From positions 78,913-142,912 of the forward strand of contig QPMI01000474.1 of assembly GCA_004431415.1 (NCBI GenBank): a DNA stretch of 64,000 bases, in the 5' to 3' direction. Below, piece after piece: positions 1-12,312 of this stretch. The notes beneath the pieces are model-generated. The model saw only the letters and a program-made list of their open reading frames with translations, was not told the origin of the DNA and did no database searches. A program made the translations under genes and the position numbers. This DNA comes from Cyanophora paradoxa CCMP329 (lineage: Eukaryota; Plantae; Glaucophyta). Numbering within the stretch: the first letter of the stretch is position 1; every line of letters begins with the position of its first letter.

Positions 1-785
1 TCATTGCAGACTCAATGCCGAGCCCGCGCGGGCGGCGCGGCTCCCGGTCCGAGAGTCCGGATCCCGGAGTCCTGGCCCCTCCGGAATCCGGATTCAGCGG
101 CAATTTCAGCCTCCAGAGTCCAGGCTCCCGCCGGCTTAGGCCCGGCTCTCCCGCCCGGCCCGGGGGCCGGGGCCCGGGCCCCGCGCCCCGGACTCCGGGA
201 GTCCCGGCCCGGCCCCAGGCTAGGGCCCCGGGCGGGCCGGGCCCCGGGGCCCCGGCCCCGCCGGTCCGGCCCGGCCCGGCGGGCCCGCCCGGGCCGGGTA
301 GCGCTGCATCATCAGCCTGAATATTAATGCTGCATGCAGCCTGGCAGCCTGCCAGGCTGCAGAGTCAGTGCAGACTGCAGTCTGCAGCTGACTCACTGAG
401 TCAGTGATGCACTGCAGCAGTCTGCAGCTGAGAATCATTATTTTTGAGATGTAGGCTAATGTAGCTGTTCCAGCCTCCAGCGGCCGCGGCCGGGCCGCCG
501 CCGCGGCGGCCGCGCGCGGCGCCGTCGCCGCCGGCCCGCCGGCCGCTTATAATCATTGAATTTATCGGCGCTGATCCCGGGTCCGACGGTCCGCGACTCC
601 GCGAGTCCCCGGCCCGGGGCCCGGACCGCGATCCCAAATCATGAATCCGCCGGCCATTCAGGTAATGCGAATTCGAGAATTTTTTCGAGGTTGCGAACTT
701 GAAACCGTTGAACGATTCAGGCCCTCGCCAGCCATTGGCCCATTGTTCTGCAGTTAAGCTGGAGATGACGGCAGCTTATAAATTA

Positions 786-2413
786 CCGTGTAACACTTAA
801 TTAATGCGCCAGTAATTAATGCGTTTTTTTTTTTTTTTGGTGAATTACCGGCCACAGTCTCTAGACACCAGCACTGCGGGGGCTGCCCAGGGGGCATAGA
901 GACAAAATAGCAAAATAACTAAGACAAGAGCACGAAGAAAGATAAGACAAAGAGCCAAAATCGACAATAAAAAAGGAAAGACACAGAGCTCGAGACAGAT
1001 CGATTGCGAGAAGAGACGATAAATCGAGCAGATCTAGGGACAGAGGATAACTGACACGAAGAAGAGCCAGAGCTAGAGGATAACTGACACGAAGAAGAGC
1101 CAGAGCTAGAGATACCATCAATATCAGAAGGAATTACATCACTAAGAAGCGGGGACAAAATTGAGAAAGATAAATAACAGGAAGAAGACAAGTAAGAGGA
1201 ACAACAAGACGACATGGAGGCGGAGGCGAAGCAGGACGATGCGAAAGGGCAGAGCTACGGCACGAGGTCGAGGAGGACACAGGAGGCGGAGCAGGCGGAT
1301 CAAGAGCAGGCAAAAGAACAGTCAAAGGAATCACTAAAGCCGGCCGGGGTCGAGGCGGGCAATCGAACTGCAAACGACGGCGAACAACAGGTCGAGCACG
1401 AGGACTATAGCTAGTATTGAAACTAACTCTAGCATCAACACTACGATCAGAATCCGAACCAGACCGAACTAAACTAGAAGACGAAGAAGTACGCCGGCGC
1501 CGGCGGGATACGATCGCGACCAGCGAAGCAGAAGACAAGGACAAAGGCGGTAGGCCGGTATCAAGAACAAAGGCCGGAGGGTCCGGCCCGGCAAACCGCC
1601 GGGGGGAAGTAGAAGGAGCCGCAGGCTCGGCAAGCCGGCGACGGGTACGACCACGAGTCCGGAAGGAGATCGGGGAAGCCGGTCCCGGAGCTGAGGGCCC
1701 AGGAGCAGAGCCAGGAGAAGGTAAGCCCGGCGAGAAATCTGACCCGGAGCCGGAACCCAGCGAACGACGACGACGAAGAGGCCCCCGAGGAGCCACGACG
1801 GGGGAGCTACCGAGCAAAGTACTGACAGCCGGCGCCGAACACGGCGGCGGAGGTACCCCGCAGACAGTGGCAGGCGGAGAGTCCAGGGTCGATCGAGAGA
1901 TCCGCCGACGGGAATGCGGCGGGGGCCGACGAGACGGAAGAGGCGAGGAGGGGGCCGAGGAAGGGTCGGAGGCAGGGGAAGGGCCACGAGCAGGTGACGG
2001 GGATCGCTGCCGGCGCCGAAGAGAGGGCAGCAAAGCAGGAGAAAGGTCGGGTGGCGCCGGAGCAGATGACACGGAGGTCATGGCCATGGGCGGTGCAGAG
2101 AGAGACGAGCTCGAGGGCGCAAGGGCCCGACGAGGGCGCCGGCGGCGAATCTCACGAGCGCCAGGAAGCGGGATAGGACCCGCAGATGGGACCCGAGGCG
2201 CCGAAGGGGGAGCAGGCGTTTTTGGACCCGGACCCTTAATATGGCTATTAATGCGGCACCAAATTAATGCGTTTCGAAGCATTTTGGCTGCTGTGTGGGG
2301 GTACATACCGCACTTAAGTAATGCGGTCCCAAATTAATGCGTTTTGCCAGCAGAAAACGCATTAATTTGGGACCGCATTACTTAAGTGCGCGCATTACTT
2401 AAGTGTTACACGG
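786..2413. mobile_element. Tc1/mariner-pogo-type non-autonomous DNA transposon (TA target), interrupted by a retro-insertion
   Basis: TIR TA|CCGTGTAACACTTAATTAATGCGC at 784-809 versus GCGCATTACTTAAGTGTTACACGG|TA at ~2390-2415. Internal AATTAATGCG subterminal repeats at 2250-2400. Confidence 0.75.
829..2215 (-). mobile_element. 5'-truncated poly(A) (non-LTR) retro-insertion nested in the MITE
   Basis: Poly-T at 824-838 (a poly-A tail on the minus strand). Candidate TSD GCGTTTTT at 821-828 and 2216-2223. Pro/Ser-rich minus ORF with no RT motif seen. 33-bp tandem repeat at ~1044-1112. Confidence 0.5.
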
Positions 2414-2454
2414 TATAATTAAGCTGCTTAACGCGTACGGCTGCTACGGGCCTA

Positions 2455-2532
2455 CGGCAACGTCGGCAAGTTGCCAAGTTGGCAACTTCGTCGGCAAGTT
2501 GGCAACTTCGTCGGCAAGTTGTCGTCGGCAAC
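2455..2532. repeat. short tandem repeat (GGCAACTTCGTCGGCAAGTT-like, ~20 bp)
   Basis: Directly visible repeated units. Confidence 0.7.
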
Positions 2533-2634
2533 TTACTATTATGATCCAATCACTGATTACATACTCGACAGTTCGCGAATGAATTCGAAATACTGGTATT
2601 CTCGTGCTCACGTAAGGGTCGGTCCTTCGAATTC

Positions 2635-4623
2635 GACGTCAAGCGCAAGGAGCCCCCCCTCCCCCCAAGCGCCCCGGCGGCCCCACCCCCGCCCCCGCCC
2701 CTACTCTGACACGGCGTACTCCCCCCGGGCCCAGGATGGCCCAGTGGGCGCCACGCCGTACGCGTCGCCCTCGTCCAGGCTGGCTGCCTACCCCACTTCC
2801 TCCACTGACCTCCATGCGCGCGAGGTACCGATAGCTCTCACGGCGGGCCCGGCGGAGACATTCACACACGTCTTCTTCTGCCCGGGGCCCCATGCAGTGG
2901 CGCACCGCGCGGAGACCGCCCGTGAGCTGAATCGCTTCCTGCGGCGCGCCCACCACGAGACTCACGGACCCCAACTCAAGAACATTGATCCCACGATAGC
3001 GCTCACCTCCGGCCTTGTGCCCACCTATCTGCGCGTAGCCGACGATGACGCCGAAGCGCGCAGCTCCGACGACCGCCCGACCACGTACTCGCGGCTCTGG
3101 GTCCTCCAAGGTGTCGCCCCGCAGTCGCTCGAGCGGGACTTGATCCGCGCCCTCGACCTCGACCCGCGCCGCGCGCCCCGCACGGCCAAGCGCGTACGCC
3201 AGATGCTGATCGAACGCGCGCGTCGGCTCTGGGCCAGCCGGTGCGAGATCAACGCAGCATGGGAACGAGACTGTCGCATCTCTCAAACCTCTAAGCGTCG
3301 CCCGCGCCCGCCCCGCACAGGAGCTAGAGCTAAAGAACGCGCCCGCGGACCCCGTGTCCCGATAGAGCTCTGTCCTGCCTGCGACGGGCCCATACACCTT
3401 CATAACGACCTTCGCGCAGCTCAGAACGCGGACTGCCCGCCGGAATACCGAGGATGGAAGGCAGCGCTTCAAGCCCAAGAACTCTACGACAGCACCAAGG
3501 TCCGCCCCTGGAGCCTGCCCCCCCCGGACGATTAACCTACCCTCGTAGGGGGAGGGGGGGGGGGGGGGGGGGCTACAACTGGAGGAGACGCGGAGACACG
3601 GAGACTCCACCACTACGCCCACTGACGACCTCACTCTCAACCTATCACCTACGGCCGCTCGCCGGGCCCTCGCGCCCGCCGCCGACCCGCCGTCGCCAGC
3701 GCGACCTGCGCCTCCACACCCCTCTCACTACCGCCGACACGCTCGCCTACCGCCGACACGCTCGCCTCCCGCCGCCACCGCTGCTCTCTCCCCCCCTGCC
3801 CTCTCTCGCCCGTTGCCCCAGTCGCCCTCCCCCACGGCCCCATCCCCCACCCCCTCCGCCCCTTCTGCTCTGCTGATCTCCCGCTACCCCAGGGAGGGGA
3901 CGGTGGTGCGGGCTGCCAGGTGGAAGGTCGTCGGTCGGCCGCTGAACCCACCGGCGCCTGCCCCGGCCACGCGCCAGGCCGGGGCGGCCGGACCGCCGTG
4001 GAGGGGGCTCGTCATTGCCCGCGGTGGGGGGGAGGCGGTCGGCGGGCGGCTGGAAGCCCGGCGGAACGCGCCACTGGAGCCTCCCTCCTCCCGACCGCGG
4101 CTGCCCGACCCGGTCCTCCCCCGTCCTTTCCCACCGCCCAACGTCGCTCCATGCCGTGCCCCCCTCCCCGCCCCCGTCCCCCTTCCCCCCGACCAATCTT
4201 CCCCGAATGCTCTGAGCCCGGCGGCTCCACCAGGCTTGCTCTCGGACGAGCGAGCCCCCGACCCGACCCGCCGTGCCGACGACACGGCGGGCCGTACTCT
4301 AGCGTGTACAGAGTGGCTCAGATTATAGTGCGCCTTCTCGGAGGCCCTAGCTTACTAGGCATAGCGCTAGCTACAGCTGCAGCTCACTTTGCTGCCCACC
4401 TCTGATTTCTATTCTCGTCCCTGGGTAGTCACTTCCCTTCCCGCGTAGGATCTTTCCTGTGCTGCAGCTCTAGACTTAGTCCCCGGGGTAGCGTTTCCAG
4501 TTATTTCCATATCCGAGCTCCACCCGGTCCGATGTCCGAAAGGCTTAGTCCCGTAGGTTCATCTCTCGACTTGACACAGATGGACACCTCAGCTATATCT
4601 CTAGCCATTTGTCTCGGTGTGTG
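2635..4623 (+). mobile_element. 3' fragment of an L1/Tx1-like non-LTR retrotransposon (ORF2 C-terminus plus long 3' region)
   Basis: ORF 2471-3535 contains ETFTHVFFCP (zf-RVT-like half) and RLWASRC motifs. Possible 7-bp TSD CGAATTC at 2628-2634 and 4624-4630. No poly-A tail seen. Confidence 0.45.
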
Positions 4624-5649
4624 CGAATTCAGTTACAGCTGACCTCCATGCATGACCAGGCCCGCGTATACACGCACGTATACGTAAATGTAAACGCCGT
4701 GCACGTGACGTTACTCGAGCGGAGCCGCGCGCGCGCGGGCCCGCGGCCCGCGGGCCGCGACTCGAGGGGTGCCGGAGATCTAGAGCTCATATGCATGGAA
4801 GACATGTTTACAGTCGGTTTAAAAGAGCAATTCGCTGCTAGCTCAGCGGCTGTAGCGTGCTGTGCATGCGCAGCTGCGTGTGCGATGGCGGGGGCCATCA
4901 ACTCGCGCCAGGGCGTGCACGTGCGCGTGCTGCGAGTCGTGCCCTTCGGCCAAGATCCGTGGTCCACGAGCTGCCGAAAACTGCCCCAGCCAGGCCGAGG
5001 TTGTTGGCGTCGGTCTGGATTCGCAGCACCTTGGCCGTTTGCCAGGCAGACGTAGGGATAGACGTAGGGGAAGATGCCATGATGAGCTGCAGCAAGTCGC
5101 GCCACCATGTGATCATCAGATCATGTGGCACGCATGAATCATCCGATGATACGAGAATGCGAATTCCTTTAATTTATATTATGAATCATGATCATGAATC
5201 ATAAAACAGTAGACTGGAATTCAATGATTCGAAGTGGGCACCGGCAGAACTGGGGCCCTAGTCTGGGGGTAGGGCCCCGGCAGGCCCAATCATTGAATCG
5301 CGACGACGCGTACGGGGGTCAGCAGCGCTAGCGGAGATACAGCCAGGCCGTGGCCAGGCCTAGGCCGGGAAGCTGACAGGAACCACGACATGAAATCAAA
5401 TAATTCAAGGTGAATTCGAAAGGCCTAGGTTCGCGCGCGGAGGACAGATCTAGATCTAGAGTCCAAGAAGACGTGTGCTTAGTAGACTGTCACGTTTCTC
5501 GAGGGCCCCGAATGCCTTCGCTGCGGCAGCACGACCCATGATCATCGGATCATGACGGAAATCGCTCTTTCAGGTCTCCGGTCCCTCAAATTTGTAGAGC
5601 GCGGGGTTCGCGATCGCCTTCTCAGCTCGAGGCAATGCGTCGCAGGGCT

Positions 5650-8600
5650 TCAAGGCGCCGCCAGGCCGCGGTGGGCGAGGGCGGCGCGGGCGTCGGCCTC
5701 GCCGCGGCCGGCGGCGCGGTACGCGGCGAGCAGCGCCGCGGCCGCCTTTTCGCGGGCGCCGGGCGGCTCCCCCGCGCGGGCGCCCCCGGCGGGAGAAGCG
5801 CGGCGGCGCGCTCGGCGGCCTCCAGGGCGCCCTCCGCCCGCCCGCCGCCGCCTCCTCCAGCGCCAGCTCGGCGAGGGGTCCCGCGAGGCCCGGGTGCTCG
5901 GGCCCGCGCGCCCCTCCACGGCCGCCGCGACGCGCCGCAGCACGGCGGCCGCCTCCGCGTGGCGCCGCGCCGCCTGCATGGGGCCCAGCAGGGCCCCCAG
6001 GTAGAGCAGGGCGGGGGGCGGGCCCTCCCGCCCCGGCCCCGCCGGCTCCGCCTCCGCCTCCGCGACGGCGCCCCACAGGAGCGCGTCGGCCTCCTCGCCG
6101 CGGCCGCCGGCCCGCGCCGTGGAGGCGGCGGCCTCGGTGGCCGCGAAGGCGGCGGGGTCGCCCGGCCCGCGCGCGCGGCGGAGCTCGGCGGCGGCGGAAG
6201 CGAGGCCGTCCTCCACGGCGCGGGCGTCGGCGGCGCGCCCCTGCCGGCGCAGCATGTGCGCGAGGAGCTTGGCGTAGTCCGCCGCGGCCGGCGCCGCGTG
6301 CGGCGCGGCGATGCCCTGCGCCTCGGCCAGGCGCTCCCGCAGCAGTGTCTCGGCCTCGCCGGCGCGCCCGGCCGCCGCCAGCAGCCCGGCGAGGCCGACG
6401 GTCGTGTTGCGCGCCTCCGGGGCGAGCGGGCCGCGCCGCGCCCGGTGGATCTCGGTCGCGCGCTCGAGGAGCGGGAGGGCCCCCTCGGGGTCGCCCCGGC
6501 TCGCGAGGCAGCCGGCGAGCGCCGAGAGCGCCTCCGCAGTCTCGCCGCTCTCTGGCGCGAGCCGCTCGCCGTCCGCCGCCGCCCGCATCAGCACCGGCAG
6601 CGCCCCCTCCGCGTCCCCGGAATCCAGCAGAGCCACCCCTGCCGCGTCGCGTCGCGCCGGGCGGCCCGACGGGCGGCGGGGCGGGGCGGGCGGGGCGGAC
6701 CGAGGGCGAGGGCGGCGGCGCGGGCGGTGGGTGGTCGCGCCCCATGGGCCCCGCCTCGGCGGCGGCGAGGGCCTCGGCCTGCAGGGCGGCGGCCCCGCGC
6801 GGGTCGCCCGCCCGCGCGAGCACCGCCCCGAGCCCGTGGAGCGCCCCGACGGTCCCGTGGTGCGTGGGCGAGAGGGCGGCGCGGAAGCCGGCGAGGACGG
6901 CCTCGTACTGGGCGCGCGCCTCCTGCAGGCGGCCGGCCGCCGCCAGCGCCCCCGCCACCGCGTGCCGGCTGTGCAGCGTCGTCGGGTGCTGCTCGCCCAG
7001 GGACCCCGCCGCGATCCCCGCCGCCCGCTCCGCCGCCTGCCGCCCCCGCCGTCAGCGGCGGGGGCGGGGCGGGAGCGGCGGCGGGGCGGGGGGCGGCGCA
7101 CGGCGAGGGCGGGCCCCGGGCGGGGACCTCGCCGAGGGCGGCGGAGAGGTTGACGAGGAGGGGACGAGGGCCGGGCCGTCCCCCCGACCGCCCCCGCCGC
7201 CGCGATGCCGCTTTCTAGTGCCGCCAGCGCCTCCTGCAGCCGCCCCTGGTGCTTCAGGCTCTGCCGGTCGCGCCTCAGCGCCTCTCAGGCTCTCAGCGGG
7301 GCGGGGGCGGGGCGGGCCAGGGCGAGGGCGTTGGTCGTCTCGACGGTGAGCGGGTGGCCGGCGCCGAGCAGGCGCCCCCGCGTGGCGAGGGCCTCCCGCA
7401 GGAGCCCCTCGGCCTCCTTCGCCCGCCCGAAGCCGGCGAGCACCGCCCCGAGGTCCGAGGCCGCCGACGCCGCCTCCAGCTCCCGCGGGCGGGCGCGGCC
7501 CTCCGCCGCCGGCGCCGGCAGCCGCCACATCGCGAGCGCCTGCGCGAGCGCCTTCAGAGGGGCGCCGCCTTCAGATATGCAAGACCCACGAACGCACCTG
7601 GGCGAGGGTCTCGGCGGCGGCGGCGGCGTTGCCGGCCGCGTGCAGCAGCGCCCCCGCGTTCTGCGTGATGTTCGCGAGGGGCGACGAGCCGGCTGCAAAG
7701 GCCTCCTGCGGGCCGGGCGCGGTGGGCGGGGGGGGGGCGGGGGCGGGGGCCGGCGCGCGCACCGGGGCGCGCTCGAGGGCGGGGATCATGCAGCCGAGGG
7801 CGGGGCGGAAGAGCCCGAGCGTCCGGCAGACGTGGCTCGCCGACTGGCACGCGAGCGCGCGGACGCCGGCCGGCAGCGAGGCGTCGGCGTCTATGCGTCG
7901 GGCCGCCGCCTCGAGCTCGGCCCCGGCGCGGCGGAGGTCGCCCCCGGCGGCGAAGCGCCAGAGGCGGGCGGCCTCGCGGACGGCGGGGTGCGTGCCGAGG
8001 CGGTGGACGAGGATGTCGGGGTCTAGAAGGGCGGCCCGCAGCCGCTCCGCCTCGCCGGCCGCCAGCAGCTGGTACGGCAGCTCGACCCAGCGCCGGTCCG
8101 AGGGCGGCTGGGCGGCGAAGTAGTCGGCGAGGCGGCGGTGCTCGGCGGCCCGGCGCTCGCCGCGGAGCTCGAGGCCCTCCTCCACGGCCGCCCGCATCCC
8201 CGCGTTAAAAAAGTCCAGCAGGCCGAACCGGTTCACCTGAGCGAACGTTCACCTGTGGGAGGCGGCGGGGGGGCGGGCGGGGCGGGGCCGCCGGGGCGGC
8301 GCACGGTGTAAGGGGCGAGGGCTCCGGAGAGCTCCGCGAAGGCGAGGGGCGGGGCGCCCGAGAGCTCGCGGGCCTCCGCCTCCGCCAGGCCAAAGCGGCT
8401 GGCGGCGAGGGCGGCGAGGAGGGCGCGCGCCGGCCCGCCGTACTGGCGCTCGAGGCGGCGGAGGGCGAGGCGGAGGGCCCCGGGGGTGCCGGCGCAGGCG
8501 AGGAGCCCGTCGAGCTTCGCGTCGAGCGTGTCGAAGACCGCGTCCGCCTTCACCTGCCGGCGCGGCCGGTCGCCTTCACCATAAAGCCGGCGGGGCGGGG

Positions 8601-11600
8601 CGGGGCGGGGCGCGCCTCGGCGAGGAGGACGGAGAGGAAGAGGGGGCTCCCGCACTGCGCCGCCCCCGCAATCCGCGCCATCTGCCGCCGTCCGTCACAA
8701 CAAGCGGAGCTAGTCGGGAGAAGGGCGTGCGCGCGCCCGCGGGGCGGCCATGCCCTTGCCGGCGAGGGCGAGGTCAGCCTCCACCATCGCCGCCACCTCC
8801 CCCGACCCCAGCGGGCCAAGCTGCGCGCGCGTGCCGCCCGCTCGGCCCCGGCGACGGGCCCCTCGGGACGGGAGGGAGGGCGGCGGGGCGGCGCGCCTCG
8901 AGGCGGGAGAAGGGCTCCAGCTTGGCCCGCAGCGCCTCGTCTTTCGCGGCCGCGGCTGCGCGCGAGGGCGTCGCGAAGGAACCGCAGGCAAGAGGGGCGA
9001 GGGAAGGGGGAGCTCGAGGGCGCGCAGTCCGCCGTGAGGGAGACGACAACGCGGAGGCGACCCGAGGCGGCGTCGCCGGGCAGCCACACGAGCCGCCGCG
9101 CCTCCGCCCCCCCGAACTGCCGCCCCGCCCGCCCGCCCGGTCGGGCCGAGCTCGAGGGGCGCGGTTGGAGTTTAGTTCGGGCGGCGCACGCGGTCCACGC
9201 CGTCGACGAGGAGTAGGAGGCGGCGGGGGAGGGCCCCGCGGGAGGCCTGCAGCCAATCCGCGAATCTGGGCGGGTGGGGTCAGGGCCGGGGGCAGAGAGC
9301 GGGGGGGAGGACGGGGACGGGGGCGGGCACCGGCCGCAGACGGCGGCGTCGTCGTCCCAGCCCCCGCGGGCCTCCTCCTGCACGCCCGGCCCGCCCGCCC
9401 GTCGGCCAGGCGGCCGGGCGGGGAACGCCCGGCATACAGGCGCACCTCCTCGAGGGACGCGTCGGGCTCCCCGCGCCACGCCGCCGCCTCCTCCCGCACC
9501 CGCCTGCGCACGAGCGCGCTCGCGTGCTGGGCGAGGGGCGGGGGGCGGGGTGGGGCGCACCGGAAGAGGCCGACGATGGCGGTGCCGCCCTCGGCCGCCC
9601 CCGCCACGTAGTGCTCCACCACCAGCTGCCCGCCCCGCCCCCTCCTCGTCCCGGGACAAGGGTGTGGGGGGGACGGACGTAAGGGTACGGCACCTCGTCG
9701 GGGTGCTGGGCGCGCCACTGCCCCGCGAACTGTGCGAGCAGCGCTGCGCGGCGGCAGAGCGTCAAGGAGGAGAGGGGCGAAGGGGAGGGGGCCGGCGGGG
9801 GCGCGCCGCTCTTGCCAAGGCCCTCGGCCCCGAGGAGGGCGAGGGGCGCCGGGCTCGCCCCCGCCGCGTACCCCCGCAGCGCCGCCAGCGGCCCCTCCCG
9901 CCCCACGAACGCCCTCCGCAGCATCTGCCCGCACGCCGCCGGCTCGGACCGGAGTACCCGCACACTTTCGGGGGAAGGGGGGGTACCTCGCCCTCGGCGA
10001 AGTGCTCGAGGCGGCGCTCCTCGGCCCACGAGAGGCCCGCCCCCACCGGGTAATCCCGCTCCAGCAGCTGCCCGGGGAGGGGGAGGGGTGTTACAAAGTG
10101 GGGGGTAGATCAGGCGACCGCCGGGGCGAGGGGGGGCGTTGGGGGGTACGCTCGCCCGGAGGAGGTCGTCGTGGAGGGCCTCCGCGAGGGCCGCCGGCGA
10201 GTCGTACCCCCGCGTCGGCATCCCCGCCGCGGCGACCTGCGGGGCGGGCGGGCGGGAGCGGAGCTGAGGGGAGGCGGAGCGGGGGCGGCGGGGTACGGCG
10301 CGCCTCCCGCTTGAGAGCCTCCAGGCGCGCCGCCTGCGGAGCAGTCGCGACCGGTTCGGCCGGCTCGGCCGGGGCGGGGCGGGGCCAGGGGCGGGGTTTG
10401 GTGGGGCGGGGCGCGCACGGCGTAGGGCCCCTCGGGCTCCCCACCCGCGGGGTCGGCCGCCACCATATCGGCGCCGGCGATGTAGAAGAGGCTCCGCCCC
10501 GCGCCTCCTGCGCCGGCGTCGACGCAGGCCGCGCCGGGCGGGCGGGCGGGGGGGGGGGGGGGGGGGGGGGGGGGGCCACCTCGGGCCGCAGGAGGGAGCC
10601 CAGGCGGATCTCCCTGCGAGGGACGCTCGAAGAAGGGGCGAGGGGGGCGCTTGGGGCGGAAGGGTACGGCGCACAGCTCGGTGACGCTGTTGTCGCGGTG
10701 CGCCCGCACGAAGGGGTACTCCCCCGCCGCGTTCTCCAGGGCACTGCGCCGCCGCCTCAGAGCGGGGAGGCGAGCGCGGAGCGGGCGCGGGGTGGGCGCG
10801 CGTGGCGAGGAGCGGGTCCTCCTTTCCCGGCGGAAGGTGCCACCCTGCGCAAATCGGCGGCCCGGGCCCGGGGCCCCTTTCGATCGCGACCGGCCAGGCC
10901 GGCTGGGGGCGGCGGGGGCGGGAGCGGGGCACCGTAGCGGCCTGCGGGGGACGCGCGGTCAGCCGGCGGTCAGCCCGGCACGGGAGCTGCGCCGCCGCGG
11001 GCCGGGCGCGCGCCTTTGATCATGGCGGCGAAGTAGGAGGCGCGCTCGACCTCGCGCAGGCAGAGAAGGACCACCTTGCCGCCCTGCACCTCCTCCTCCG
11101 TGATCCCCTGCGCTGCCCCCGTCGCCCCGCGCCGGAGCGGCGGGGCGGGGCGGGGCGCGCGATGGCGCCGGCGAGGCGCCCACCCATCTGGGCGCGCGGA
11201 AGTGATGCGGCGGCCGGCGCGGCGGCGGGCGGGCGGCGCGGACCGGAGGTCGATGAAGGAGAGGAAGATGCCGCGCCGGGCGCACTCGCGGCGGAGTCGC
11301 GGGAGGGCGGAGCGGTTGATCTCGTTGCGCTCCTCCTGCATATCGCGGAAGCTGCGGCGCCCAAGGTCGTCGGCGCCGCCCCGGCCCGGGCTCGGGCGCG
11401 ACAAGGCGACGCACGTAGAGCTGAGGAAGATGCGCAGCGTGCGCTTGTCCGTCGCCGAGCCGCCCCTGGGCCGCCCTGCGCGGAGCCCTCGGAGGTTACA
11501 ATTTTGATCCATATCGATATCGGAGCTCGTACTGTCCGGGGGCGCACCCGTGTCTTTGGAGACATATGCATCGGATGAGAGCTGCATCTTGAGTGCATCG

Positions 11601-11620
11601 GGAACCCTGGCGCCGTGCAC
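5650..11620 (-). CDS. DUF4062-NACHT/AAA-TPR protein (NPHP3/TTC41-like), multi-exon
   Basis: Spliced RIFLSSTFRDMQEER...FIDLRWGITEEE...LCLREVER...GRYG (DUF4062). Walker A GAEGLGKS at ~9750-9840 and Walker B-like LLLVDGVD at ~9200. Downstream TPR-like helices with GxxHPxT motifs. Start codon uncertain. Confidence 0.8.
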
Positions 11621-12312
11621 GACTGATGGCGCTGGCTGCTGAGCGGACGCTGCATGCGCAGCCGGCGCCAGCGGTGAGTCATCGAGAGCTGGCTGAGCTC
11701 TCAGTTGGTCAGCACTGACTCAGCAGTACGCGCGGAAGCCGCTGGAACACGTCGTACGCTCACCGGAGGAGGCGGCGCTCCAGATCGATGGACCGCGTGC
11801 TGAGCGCTCCCGCGGCCGCTCTCCGTCCTCGGCTTCCGCCGGCACATACCGAAGAGCCCCATGGCGACGCGGGCAACGCTTACGTGCAGTCGACGTCCCT
11901 TAGCCTGGCCAAACAGTTGGCGCTGCCGTTGATGGCTTGAGCTGGAGCTGGAGCCCGACCTGACGGCTAGCTTGACGGCTAGACTGGCGGCTGCCGGCCG
12001 CGGCGCGAGCCGGAGCTGCGCATGCCGGCGCCGCATGCGCAGTGCGGCCGCGGCCGGCGCCGGCGCCGGCCGCAGTAGCGCTAGCGCGGCACTGCGGCAC
12101 ATCGATATCCCGCATCACCCACTGCCAAGCGGAGGCAGGGGTCGCCCAGCTAGCGCCGCGCGCCCGCGGCGCTGCAGCAGCGCGGTCCGCTGCACAGAGC
12201 AGCGCGGCGTTCGTCGCCACTCTCGCTTCAAGCTTTCATTTCACTGCCAAGGCCTCCAGGAGCCTTGGAGGAGAAGGCACACGGCCAGGAGCTCGCGGCT
12301 CTAGGAGCCTGC

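Noticed and set aside
4609-5204. Possible small gene
   Set aside because: No recognisable domain or consistent exon structure.
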